A DNA stretch of 64,000 nucleotides from assembly GCF_037042905.1 (NCBI RefSeq), contig NC_087251.1, positions 46,562,001 through 46,626,000 of the forward strand. Direction: 5' to 3'. Of this stretch, positions 40,452 to 53,059 are shown piece after piece. Position numbers and translations under genes: made by a program. This DNA is from Lytechinus pictus (taxonomy: Eukaryota). The notes under the pieces were generated by a model. The model was not told where the DNA came from and did not search any database. It saw nothing but the letters and a program-made list of their open reading frames with translations. Within the stretch, counting starts at the first letter, position 1. The number at the start of each line of letters is the position of its first letter.

Positions 40452-42086
40452 ATTTCCCTTGTATTGGCTCCAATAGAATTAATTTTGTGCTAACATTTCT
40501 GGATGTCAAGCACAGTGCACTGTCATTCTCAGTCTCCTATCCCTTACATACACTTTGCTTGTGACCATTGTTTTTAACGTGGTCCTTCTATGGAACATTC
40601 AAAGTGACCCTAAACATTCTTGTAATCTTGAGAGACGAACAGACTATCCATATTAAACCATAACACACTATTTAGTACAACAAATGTAGGCCTAAATGTA
40701 TGCAGGCCTGTATATGTACATCATACATATCATATACATGTATAGAAACTAGTAGTCAGAGGAAACTTGGATAGTTATTTCAAGGGTCATGATAAAAGTA
40801 GATTATGAGTCAGAGTGATCCACTACATGTGCTACATGAACACGTAGAGTATAGGATTTGGCTACGTGTGTCACACAACAAGTTACCATGAAAATGTCTC
40901 TGATCATGACTGTTGAACAAAAATTCCTACAATTTATGCTTTCGAAAGTTTGGAGAGCGCAGGCGCATTGTGCATCTATAGGTGCAGGTGTACTGTATCC
41001 AATGTACAGGTAGCCTTGTGCAGTCCAACCCTGAAAATGGTACAATACCTGCAGCATGTGTTCATGTACCAGCAAAACTTTTCAATCGATTGTATTAAAA
41101 TTCCATGCATTGCTGAGAATGTTTTAAACAAAATTAAATTACTAGTACAATCCAAAATAAACATTTGTTTATAATGCAGGTTTACATGGGAAAAGGCAGA
41201 TCATATTCATGTAATATAATTCCAATTCGCACATTAAGTCTACAAATTGTAATTAATTATATTTCTTTATGGTTTCAATCTTAACAAACCCTCTGGTCCT
41301 CAAATAACTACATGGGAAAGCATTTAATACCGGAACTTACATGTAGTGCACAAATATCCAACACTGATTGAGTGCATGCTGTTGCATGCATTCTAAAATC
41401 CACATAATCATTATAATCATTATCATGATTTATACAATACATTCTGCCTACCTACAAATACATACAATTACAACGCACAATGTAGTATTCCATACATGTA
41501 AACTGACCAAACTTCCGTATTAAAGGAATATTATAATGATCTTAATGATCCCCCTAGGCTAGCTACATCGTCCTCCAAATCCTTGAACATGCAGGATCAT
41601 TACGTCCGTCGCGCACAAATATCCGATTCCTGAGAAATCTTGGAGCGGGAGATATCGGATACAGGTCTGGAAGACTCAGCAGGGACCCCATGGATGATTG
41701 AAATCACCCATCTGTCTGCAGTCATTCACTGTATCTTCTATCATCACTCCTCACACCTCCTGCTAACTCATCATCATAATAGGTTCCTTCACACGCCAGA
41801 ACGTACATTTATAATCCAAGTTCAGCTCACAATTTTGAATGTCTTGGATATATGTAATCATGATCAGACTGAATTCAGGCAAATATACATGAACAAAGAG
41901 AAATACAAGTTTAAAAATACAGAAGGTAATGTGGGGATATATAGGCTACATGCATAGAGTCATCTCACCAACTCACTCATTCATTGCATATGTTCAAAAT
42001 ATAGACCTGGTGGGTGTTTCATAAAGCTGTTCGTAAGTTTAAGAGCGACTTTAAGAACGACTGGTGATCCCTTTTTGTGGTATCAG

Positions 42087-43258
42087 GGCGGCTTATTATA
42101 TTCACTCGCGTTCGTAATCACTCGCGTCGGGTTGGTAATCACACGCGTTTTTGATATTTGGCGATTTTTTTTCTAACGGTGTCTTCAATGGGACAAACGT
42201 ACTGGAAAAATAAAATGAAATTGAAATTCGAGTTTCGTTTTATTTTAAGCTGGTAAGTGCCTTAAATAAAACGTTCTCGACCACTGTTTTAAGATAACAA
42301 GCAAATTTTGACTACTGTTTTAACATAATCACATTCCACATCTTAAATCTTAGAGCCATAGGCGGCGGAAGCGGGGGGGGGGGGGGCTCCCCTAAAAAAA
42401 GAGAGAGGGGGGGGGGAGAAAGGAAGGGAAAGAGGGAGAAAAGAGAAAGAAAGAAAAAAGACAGACAGAAAGAAAGAAGCAAGGAAAAAAGGAGAAAGAA
42501 AGGAGAAAAGGAATAAAGAAGAAAAAGGAGGAAAGGCTACTCTCGATTTAGCTTTGCCTTTGGAGGATTTTCCTGAAGTCTGTGGTATTCTTTATAAAGC
42601 ATAGTGAGGTGCTACAATTTCATAATATCACTATTTATTTGCTTCTTCCTTTCTTTGTGAATTAATTATTCTACACTAACGTAAAAATCAGGGAGGAAAA
42701 AAGTGCTGAAGAAGAAAAGCAAGAAGGAGGAGGAGAAGTAGAAGAAGAAAAAAGAAGATGGAGGACATAAGGGGGTAAAAATAAAATTAAAAAGAGAAAA
42801 TTGAGGGGAGGATGTAGAAGAGAAAGAGAAGATAAAATAAGGGGAAGACTGAGAAGAGAAAAGGAAGAAGTGAGAAGGGAGATGAACAATAAGGACAAAT
42901 ACAGAGAAATTTAAAAAAACAAATACAGAGAAATACAGAGAAATTTAAAAGAACAAATACAGAGAAATTTAAAAAAAAATTAAAAATGTTTGAAAAAAAC
43001 TCCTCAAAACAGACTGCTGCCAGCTGTCTGGGGCGGATCAAGCTTGTTATCTATTCTTGGTACTTAAAACAGTAGTCGAGTACATTTTATTTTAAGGCAC
43101 TTAATTGCCGGCTTAAAACGAAACTCAAATTTCCCTGCATGTCTGTTTCATTGAAGACACCGTTAAAAAAAAATCGCACCGAAATAAAAAAAATCGCCAA
43201 AAATCCAAAACGCGAGTGATTACGAACCAGAACGCGACGCGAGTGATTATAAACTGCC
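42087..43258. mobile_element. Long-TIR non-autonomous element with 5-bp TSD ATCAG
   Basis: ~210-bp imperfect inverted arms starting GGC(G/A)G.TTAT...ATCACTCGCG; ATCAG at 42082-42086 and 43259-43263. Confidence 0.8.
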
Positions 43259-43439
43259 ATCAGGGCTCCACACTAACCCTTTTTTTCTACTGGTCCAACC
43301 TATTCATGTCGGACCAGTAGATACCCAGTTTTTCAATTTTTTACTGGTCCGAACCTAAAATCTACTGGTCCCAAAAAATAAAGAAAACATTAAAAAAAGG
43401 CGTGAGTTTATTTTGCTGTCCTTTCTTGTTACCCCCCCC

Positions 43440-44780
43440 CAAAAAAAAAAAAAATGAAGGAATGAATGAATGAAAGACAAAAAGAAAGAAAGGAAGAAAG
43501 AATAAAAGAAAGGAAGGAAGGAAGAAAAAAGCAAAGGTAAAGAAAGGACAGATGTGAAGGAAGGAAAAAAAGAAAGAACTAAAGAAAGAAAGAACAAAAA
43601 TAAGANNNNNNNNNNNNNNNNNNNNNNNNNNNNNNNNNNNNNNNNNNNNNNNNNNNNNNNNNNNNNNNNNNNNNNNNNNNNNNNNNNNNNNNNNNNNNNN
43701 NNNNNNNNNNNNNNNNNNNNNNNNNNNNNNNNNNNNNNNNNNNNNNNNNNNNNNNNNNNNNNNNNNNNNNNNCAAGCAATAAAGAAAGAAAAAAGACAGA
43801 AAGTAATGAAAAAAGAAAAAGAAAGAAGGAAAGAAGCAATAAAACAAGAAAGAAAGGGTAAAAGGAGAGATGGAAAGAAGGAAAAAAGAAAGAATAAAAG
43901 AAACGAAGGAAGAAAAAAGTAAAGAAAAAATGTGAAGGAAGGAAAAAAAAAACCAAAGAAGGAAAGGAAGGAAAGAAAGAACAAAAGAAAAAAGAATGAA
44001 AGAAAGAAGGAAAGAAATGAAGCAAGCAATATAGAAAGAAAGAACAAAAGACAAAGTAATGAAAGAAAGAAGGAAAGAAGGAATAAAAAAAAAAAAAGGA
44101 TAAAAGGAGAGATGGAAAGAAGGAAAACAGAAAGAAAGGATTGAAAGAAGGAAGAAATCAAGAAAAGGGAAAATGATAGAAGGAAAAAAGAATGTTGGGA
44201 AGGAATAAAGAAGGAAGGAAGCAAGCAAGCAATATAAAAAAAAAGAAACTGTAAAAGAATAAATGAAAGGAAGAACAAAAAAGAAAGACCAAACTTCAAA
44301 GAAAGAAAGGAAAGGAAGCAAGCAGTAAATAAAAGGAAGAAAGAAAAGGTAAAAGGATAGATGGAACAAAGGGGAAAAAGAAAGAACAAAAGACAAAGAA
44401 GAAAGGAAGGAATGAAAGAGAGAAAGGGCTGAAAGAAGGAATAAAAACAAGAAAGGGTAAAGAAAGGATGGATGGAATGAGGAAAGAAAGAAAGTAACAA
44501 AGAATGAAGGAAAGAAAGGGGAAAAGAAGGAAGGAAATGAAGAAAGAAAGAAGAGATAAATATAGGATGGATGGACTCAAGAATTAAAGAAAGAAGGAAA
44601 TCAAAAAAGAAAGAGCATTAGAAATAGAGAAAAATATTAACAGGACAGAAAGAATGAAAGAACGAAAGACAAAGAAAAAGGGAAAATTAAAAAAGAAAGA
44701 CAGTGAAAGAAGAGAGGGAAGAAACAAAGAAAGATTGAAAAGAAAGAAGGAAAGAAAGATTGAAAGAAAACAAAGGAAGA
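43440..44780. repeat. Degenerate (GAAA/GGAA)n purine tract
   Basis: Low complexity; source of the 381- and 362-aa F/L/S pseudo-ORFs. Confidence 0.9.
43606..43772. other. Assembly gap (167 N)
   Basis: Run of n. Confidence 1.
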
Positions 44781-46472
44781 AAGCTAAAACTATCATCATA
44801 AATAAATTATCAGTTTCTTTTTGGCTCAATTAAAATATACTAGTACTAGAGCTCTACGAAAGAAACCAAGTGTATCAACACACACACAAATCCATATGTG
44901 GGGCTATCATGTATTCAGACGATATCACTCGAAACCCGATCTCTTTGAACTAAAACAGAAGTGAAAATTTCTCCTTTTACTGCTTACAAATGACAGAGTT
45001 ACCCCAATTTTGGCAATTTTTTTGGAAATATGGACATTATAAGAGCTTTTCATTAGTGTGAAATGTGAATTTTGACAGTTCTGTGAGAGATTTCTGCCAG
45101 AGGTTAGCCAAGCTTCGTTCGTGCAGCCAGTAGGAAATTTACCATGTGGGCTGTGTGGCTGGCTAGCCATGTGTACACTGTATGTTACCCTATTAAAAAT
45201 TGCATGCGATTCATTCTGTGTGTGTTCTGTGTGTGAATGCCAGAATTTAACGGGAGGAAAATGGTTCGCAATTTGAGTCATGGAATATTTTTCATGTTTA
45301 TGTTGGACGAGCGAATTTGACCATTTCTGAAAAAGTTACTGGCCCAACAATAGTTTGTATTACTGTTTATGTCGGACCCATAAATCTTGCTATTTTTGGA
45401 AAAATTACTGGCCCGACAATGATATTTTTTACTGGTCATGTCGGACCAGTAAATCTTGCTATTTCTGAAAATCTACTGGCCCGACAGTGATTTTTACCGG
45501 TCTGGGACCGGCGCTAGTGTCGAGCCCTGGGTAAATGGTGTATTCATTGACGATAGTTTAGCGCGTAAGAAAGGTTCACCAGTCGTTCTTAAAGTCGCTC
45601 TTATCTTTCCAACAGCTTTATGAAATGGCCCCCTGGGTACATATACAAGCAACAATTATGAATTTCAATTCCAAAGTCTAAACTACATGTACCTTTTGAA
45701 ATCATGAAAGAATGTCCACAAAATACTCCAAGTGTGCCTACTTGGAAGAACTCTCAAACTGAATTACAATATCAATGAATTTATGATTATACATCATAGT
45801 ACATACATATGCATGTTGGTCAGTCCTTGTGCACTATTTCGAATGTCATCGACTTCATACTTCATGTACATTTAGTTGCTGATATGTCAGTCAATACTTG
45901 TGCACAATAAACCTTAGTAAGAAAATGGACAATGGCTACATGACAGCTGCTACTGTACATGGAATGAGCTACATGTATCATCCTAGATACCACTTCATCG
46001 GAGGCCTTCAGGGTTGCGCTTCTATCCACCATCTAGAACATGGAACTAGATTTTGACTGGCATTCATGTACATGTACAGTATATGGTTCAAAACATGCTA
46101 GCCAGTACCCGGGGAGTTCCCTGCAGTACCAACATGTATGCACTGCAATTAATTGAGCACCCAAGTTAACTCCTGAGCGCAATATCCTGCCAAGGGCCGT
46201 CATAGCGGTAGAAGTTCTAAGCATGGACCTATTGTCAGAGCATACTACATGTAGCTCCATGGTCAGAGTACGTACATTTTGTAGGTCCATGTTATTAAAG
46301 TGGATGTCAGTGCACTACATACATGTACCATACCCATGCAGTCAATTTGACAACAATGACTGCACTTCCAAAATATTTTTAGATTAGGCTTGATTGAACC
46401 TGACCCACAAGATAAGAGGCTGAAGAAAATAGGGTCATCAACTGACACAAATACCTGAATGGGATACATTAA

Positions 46473-47257
46473 AGGGATGGTCCGGGCTGAAAATATTTAA
46501 ATAATATCTAAATAAATAGAGTAAAATTCACAAAGCAAAATGCTGAAAATTTCATCAAAATCAGATAACAAATAACAAAGTTATTGAATTTTAACATGTT
46601 TAATGTTTATCATTATTTTGTGAAAACAGTTATATGGACATCGTCATGAATATTCATTAGGTGGGCTGATGATGTCACATCCCCACTTTCCTTTTTCTTA
46701 TGTTATTACATGAAATAATAAATGTTTTTATTTTTCCATACATGTGTAAGTGATGTGTCTTCATTTTGATGAAATAAGTTGCAGCAATAAATAACTAATG
46801 CACTTAATCAGTTGTCAATCCTATTAATAATAATGGTCTTTATTAGGCATCAAAACATTCTTGGCAGCCAATGGCTGAATTGTAATGTCTGTACACAGTA
46901 AAAAGATTCACATATAAATTTAACAGAACAATATACAAAATATACAAAATACAGAATATATATATATCTGAAATATAATTAATTAATTAATTGTCTAAGT
47001 TCTTGGTAATTTTTTTTTAATTACCCTAATTTCATATAATAAAATACCAAAGAACAAGTGGGGATATGACATCATCAACCCACCTAATGAATATTCATAA
47101 AGACATGCCTAGAACTGTTTCACCAGAATAATTCAAATATTTAAAATTCAATAACTTCGTTATTTGTTATCCGATTTTGATGAAATTTTCAGCATTTTGC
47201 TTTGTGAATTTTAATGTATTTATTGAGATGTAAATATCTCCAGCCTGGACCATCCCT
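46473..47257. mobile_element. Kolobok-like MITE family B with an inserted LINE 3' tail
   Basis: TTAA-AGGGATGGTCC...GGACCATCCCT-TTAA; ~46820-46995 reads on minus CAATTCAGCCATTGGCTGC...AATAAA, a LINE-like tail. Confidence 0.85.
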
Positions 47258-47261
47258 TTAA

Positions 47262-47853
47262 AGGGAAAGTCCAACCCAACAAACTTGGATTCAAAATTTC
47301 AAATGAAGAGAGAAAAATTAAAATGATAAAAATCTCATGAAAATCTATTTAAAATAAGAAAGTTGTGAATTTTGACATTTTAAAAATGAATTTACCTTAT
47401 TTTCACATAAAAGTCACATGCATAACACAGGTAATAAGCAAATGAAATGATGTCACACACTCAACATTTCCCATGTATTTTATTACAAAACATAAAAAAT
47501 ATTTCATTTTTTTGCAGATTTGACAGTTTACAAGGAGAATCTTCTTTGAATCCAAATAGGTTGGACGATGGAAACCTCTTCAATATGGAATCACACTTTG
47601 TTTCACATAATAATGAGGAAAAAATGAAGACATACTCTCATACATGCAATTCAAAATACAAAAGAAATAGTGAGTGGGTGACGTCAATGTACCAACCAGG
47701 ATGTTTTGTGCAATAAAGTGAAACTTTAGAACTTCATAACTTACTTCACATCCGATTTTGATGAAATTTTCAGAATAAGGCTCACTTGATTTTCCTCTTT
47801 CAAATAATCTAAATCAATTTGGATTTAACTTTTTGTTGGGGTAGGCTCTCCCT
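47262..47853. mobile_element. Kolobok-like MITE family A, degenerate
   Basis: TTAA-AGGGAAAGTCCA...GGCTCTCCCT-TTAA; shares the TTAA at 47258-47261 with the preceding element. Confidence 0.75.
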
Positions 47854-47974
47854 TTAAATGTTGGTTCTGCATCACACCACATGTACAAATTTCAATCAGA
47901 TATTTATGAATGAAATTTGATGGGACACAATGTTTACTGGAAAAAAAAACCATCACTTTCATACTCATACTTAC

Positions 47975-48216
47975 AATGAATTTCTTGTATCTGGAACATC
48001 TCTGTCCATGGCAAGTTTATCACTCTCTACTTGGTTGAATTTATTTCTCACATACGCATCGCCACCTGGGCGAACTTTAGTTTTCTCTATATACGTGGCT
48101 ACATCAAAAATACTCCACGATTTGTCCTTTTCATGGATGTGTTCAGCATTGTTAATGTCCCCTAAATGTGCAGGAATGTCCGCTGCATCAAATTTCAGTC
48201 TCCCTTTTCGTGAATT
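47975..48216 (-). CDS. GALNT2: GALNT2 coding exon 2 (stem region and start of catalytic domain)
   Basis: TTTCAG acceptor, GTAAG donor, 242 nt (phase 0 to 2); translates NSRKGRLKF...[33 protein letters not shown]; [12 protein letters not shown] is characteristic of GALNT2. Confidence 0.95.
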
Positions 48217-50907
48217 CTGAAATCAAAGACAGAAAGGGATACACGTACATTTGTTAATGTTATAAATCTAGGGTTCAGATATATGAGCCCCTTCATTCAT
48301 TTAATTTCACTACATTTTGTTCAGGCGAATTTTTTCGGAGCACATCATACATGTACATGTATTTCATAGACCAAAGAAACGGGTAATAGTGAAAACAAAT
48401 AAATTGCAATAACATTTCCAGGTACCTGTCTTCTTAAACTGTAGGGGCAACTATGGATTGAATTCTACAGGGATTTATAATCCATTTTGTGGATGAGAAT
48501 AATGAAACCCCAACAATGAATTGAACCAATCGTTTTTCTTAAACATTGCCCCAATTGCTTTAAGCTTTCCCAGTTCTGGAGCATCTTTAAAAAAAAAATA
48601 AAAAAAAAAAAAACACAGGATGGAAAAACAACATTTAGGCATTTTTTAAAATGTTATTTATTTCATTGATTTTTTTTTGAGGGGGGAGGGCCACTATTAC
48701 AAAATAAAGCAAAAATCTGCAAAATTCAATAGCTTTGGCATTGCAATGAATTTTTTTTTTTTTGGGGGGGGGGTTCTGGGGCCCCTTTGAGTAAGTCTGC
48801 AGGCACAGACCCTGATAAACGCTTTGATCAACAAGTGTGTCTCCACGCAAAGACTAGCACACAAAACTTGCTGTTCAGGCCGTTAACTCGAGTGAAGGGT
48901 TTGCACAGCAGACTACCTTTTGAGTATCTTTCATTTTTTACCCTGATGAAATTACAAATCTGTGATATCGTCTGAGAATCAAACTTAAATTAATATATTA
49001 AACAAATCTCAATTGTTACAGGGAAAAAACAGGAAAAGCCCCAAATTTATCAATACTTCAAATTCATTCAGATGTACTTGATGTTCTAATCTACGGGAAA
49101 ATTGGAGAACCGGTAGGTCAATTGAAGATGAGCAGGAATTTTTTTTTCTGGAAAGCAATGTTTCACAGTTGGACACACATGCTCATCAAAGGATGTAAAA
49201 TCCAGAAATAGAAAACACCTGGAACTTGTAGCCACAGGAAGCAATTGGACTCTGCTCAGCTGAGCTCAAATAACCCAACAGGCGTGTATTAATAGTAGAC
49301 AGACTTCTCCTTTAAGTTCAAGGTAAATGAAGGAGAAAGTGAGAAGGCCTGGGGTATTGAACATTCCTTGGACATAGACATTCTCTTTGAAGCATTTTAG
49401 TGTGTACTCTGCCCCCCCCCCAATAAATTGAATATATATCAACATCAAAAGATTTTATGGGTTTTCCAGCTGTGTTTATATATTCTACACTGTAGGTAAA
49501 CTATGAGAAATATTTTCTTTTATTGAATATATCACCTTAAAAATCATTTTTAAAATGTGCGTCAAATATGGTAATCCCATCATACCTAGCTGTTGTAGGC
49601 CCCCCAGGGTTTTTTTAAATCACGGGCGCGGCGCTTCAGGAAAATGCGTATCGAGTTTCAAACTCTCGATATCCCTAGTGCTATTTTTATCAAATCGCTG
49701 CATGGCACCAGGTCTGGCCATAACTTTGATAGTAAAAAATTTCTTTTCTGTTGGATTGATTTTGTAAGATACCATCCTAAAGTTGCAAGAAAATAAGATC
49801 GTGAACTCTGAAGAAAATCACATTTTTTAAAATTTTAGAGTAATTTTCGGAGACTCCAATTCTCAAATCTGAACTAAGCCACTTGGTGCGCTGGAAATTT
49901 GGCGCAGATCCCGCAATTTTCAGACCGAAATTAGGATTTTTTGTGGGGATTTTTGGTGAGTAACGGTCAGCGCCCGAGTGTATACATGTATTGGCGCTAA
50001 TGCAGTTTCATACCCGCCTGCGTTGCGGTGATGATTGACTGTGAGCTGTGTTTTGCAGTGGTGATTGACTGAGAGCTGTGCTATGTTCAGTGGCTGAGCT
50101 GCGCTAGCGTAGGCGTAGCCTAGCCTAGCTTGAGAAGTAGTTGACATGGTGATGTTAGCTGTCAGGCTGTGGTATATTTAATAAAATAATTTTCAAGTAA
50201 GTTTTAGTCAAAAAGTATTTATGAAAAGGATTCCTCTGAATACAAATTCTGTTCAAATTTGATAAACTTCATCCTTTTCAATTTGATGGACAAAAATGGA
50301 TATTAAAAAAAGAAGTTAGAACATCCATTTAATTTAATATACGAGAAGTAATGAGATACAAACAATAAACAGATCTACATGTAAATGGACAACAATAAAG
50401 AAAATAATTCAACAATTGATAACAATGAAGAAAACTTAAATAGCAATTAAATAAACAATGTTTAACATTAAATAAATTTGTAAACAAGCAGGAAAAACTG
50501 CGATGCGAAACCATGCGCTGAATCACTTTTTTTGAAATGGCTCTCGTAAAATGAAAAATGGCTCTCCTTTATTTTTCAAAATGGCTCCCTAAAAATAAAA
50601 AGTAATTTCAACACTGAGGCCCCCTATAATATATTAAAAGGGGTCGTAAAGTTACACACTGTTTTCAGATTGAACAAAAAGATGGCGCCCCATGTCTGCG
50701 CACCCATTCACTTTACACATGATTCAGGGATTTCGATGAGAAATTTCGAAGAGGCAGTCACAATGAAATGCCTAAAGTGAAATTCAAATTTTTTCCACCA
50801 AGTGCCAGCCAGCCAGGTTCTAACTAGTCAAAGGTTAGGACAGTGAGCATGTGATAGTGAATAATTTTTATTCTCCCAACCAAATCAAATGCCTCCTGTC
50901 TAAGTTA

Positions 50908-52106
50908 GGTTAAGTAAAAAAAGAAAGTAGTTGATCGTCCGGGTTTTCGAGAGCAGTGATGAGGGAGGTCCTTAGCCTACTATTTTTTTTTTAAACAAGG
51001 AGACATTTTCTCGGCCCGTTGTTTGACATCGGTGATGAGGGAGGTCCTTACTATTTACTTTTTTTTGTTGCTATTTTTTAATCAAATGATTGTCAGGTCA
51101 CGTCAGGCTTGGTTTAGGTGATCGATGCATGCCCAATATTAATAATAAATGATTACAAACATAAATGCATATACCGTATCGTATATTGGAAATCTATGGA
51201 AAATGTATGATAATGCAATAAAAATTCATTGATGTATTATTGATGTATCCCGGTACTGTATTGATGGAAAACAAAATGTTCATGTCAAGTGAATGATTTA
51301 AACATTATTCTACATTATAAGGGTAAAAATACTTGGGGGAGGGGACATTTAGAAAAAAAAAATTGAGAGCCAATTTTATTACCACATGTGGAGACATGTT
51401 CAGTTTTCCAGTTAATATCTTTTTTTTCAGGGCATGGTTTCGCATCGCAGTTTGTCCTGCTTGTATATTCGTTTAAATAATGTGTAATATTGTATATTCA
51501 ACTGCTATTCATTTTTCTTTATCAATTGTTAAATGATAATTGAATTAATTGTTAATTGTTCACTTAATGTTTATTATTTCAATATTTGTAACTGTTAGAT
51601 CTATGTACTAACTTAAAATTGTCCATCAAATTGAATAGCTCAAGGAAGTATGAAGTTTATCAAATTTGAACAGAATTAGTACTTAGAAAGTCAAAAAGGG
51701 GCCTAAGCTTTCGATCCTAGCAGAATCTTCGTCGGAGGCAAAATGACAAACATATAAAGTGGAACAACCATAATATACTTATTAGTACTTGCCGGAATCC
51801 TTTTCATAATTTTCAATTTCTTGATAACTCGTTTGAAAATATTTTTTTAATATTCGATGCATTGCCGCTGGATAGCTAACGTTATAAAACTGGCCAGAAA
51901 ATTATTCATTCCACAAATTATTAATCAAAAATAGTACATATCAAGAAAATTGATGCGGCAATCAAAAAGGGAAGCGGGCACGGACGAGAAACATAATTTT
52001 TTTTAATATTTTTTTAGCCAATTTTTGAAAACAGTAAAAAATTTCATGCGGCGGCCAAAATAGATGCGTGCGAGGACGATCAACTACTTTCTTTTTTTAC
52101 TTGGCC
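50908..52106. mobile_element. Zator/Harbinger-like non-autonomous element
   Basis: ~33-bp TIR GG(CC/TT)AAGTAAAAAAAGAAAGTAGTTGATCGTCC, 3-bp TSD TTA. Confidence 0.75.
51685..51780 (-). mobile_element. Penelope-like retroelement fragment with minimal hammerhead ribozyme motif
   Basis: 10-bp TSD ATTAGTACTT (51675-51684, 51781-51790); minus strand GCCT-CCGACGA-AGATTCTGCTAGGATC-GAAA-GCTT-AGGC at 51739-51701. Confidence 0.65.
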
Positions 52107-53059
52107 TTAGATCTAACATTTAATTTAGTCACAATGAGTGTCATACTCGGTCAAGTCCAGTCACTCAAACTCAAAAGGTATAGTGAGTGCAGTGATTGAA
52201 TTACCAACTGGACTTGGATTACCGAACGCGTGCATCGTACGCGTCAGAAAATAATTTCATACACTCAAAATTCTGCAACATCCTTAATACAAAGGGAACT
52301 TGAATAGAAAGATGATGATAAATGGTCAAAAACACATTTTCAAAGTCTTAATGTTCTAAAATAATAAAAAAAATGGTAAAAAAAAAGCTCATCAGTGATT
52401 TTGTTGTTTTATCAACTTTTCCTTGCTTTAGGAAACACACGTTTGGTAATCGATACCTTTTTCAAGTGACCATAATATTTCACATGCGCGTGTCCATACT
52501 TCGCGGATGGTCATTATCTAAAAAACTAGCCAATATCCTTAAAATCTGACATCATCAACGTGAAAAGCGACCTGAAATTACCCTTTGGTGTAACTTTCCT
52601 TAGGATGAGTTCAGTATACATGAAAATATTGACAAAAGATCGGCAAATTTGTCACCGTTAGCGCCCGTTCCGAAGAAATCTGATATTCTCAACAAGTATC
52701 AAGATATCACCATTTTGCAAGCAGAAATCATCAAAAATGTGAGTTAAATGTGGTACGAACTGATTCTATAGCATTTTGCTATCAATCTGATATAAATATT
52801 TCACTTTTTGAGCTTCAGTTTTTGTTTAAATCTCCACAAAAACTTTAGTCGGCGAAGTTAGGTCACACTTTTTCAGAACGGTTTTCCAGCACAGCGCGCA
52901 TTCGTTGATCGGAATAGAATTTTGATAACGCGATACCGGCAAAGCCCCTTCACATTTTCTTCGTTAATTTTACAGTTTACGATCTTGCCGTCAATGTGGT
53001 AACTATTTCTTGAATATGTTTTGTATAAATTGTGAATATTTTGTGAACAAATTTAAGGA

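Larger units (their letters stand above)
43261..45529. mobile_element. hAT-like non-autonomous element carrying a purine-rich tract
   Basis: TIR CAGGGCTCCACACTA/TAGTGTCGAGCCCTG, TACTGGTCC/GTCGGACCAGTA subterminal repeats; apparent 5-bp TSD GGTAT/GGTAA. Confidence 0.8.
42009..45633. mobile_element. Multi-layer transposon nest (split outer MITE with ~3.45 kb of nested insertions)
   Basis: Outer halves 42009-42083 and 45530-45633 are inverted (TTTCATAAAGCTGTT...AAGAGCGACTTTAAGAACGACTGGTGA). Confidence 0.8.

Noticed and set aside
43355-44500. Longest ORFs in the track (381 and 362 aa, F/L/S-rich)
   Set aside because: Artefacts of a (GAAA)n purine tract read on the minus strand and spanning an N gap; several frames are open simultaneously.
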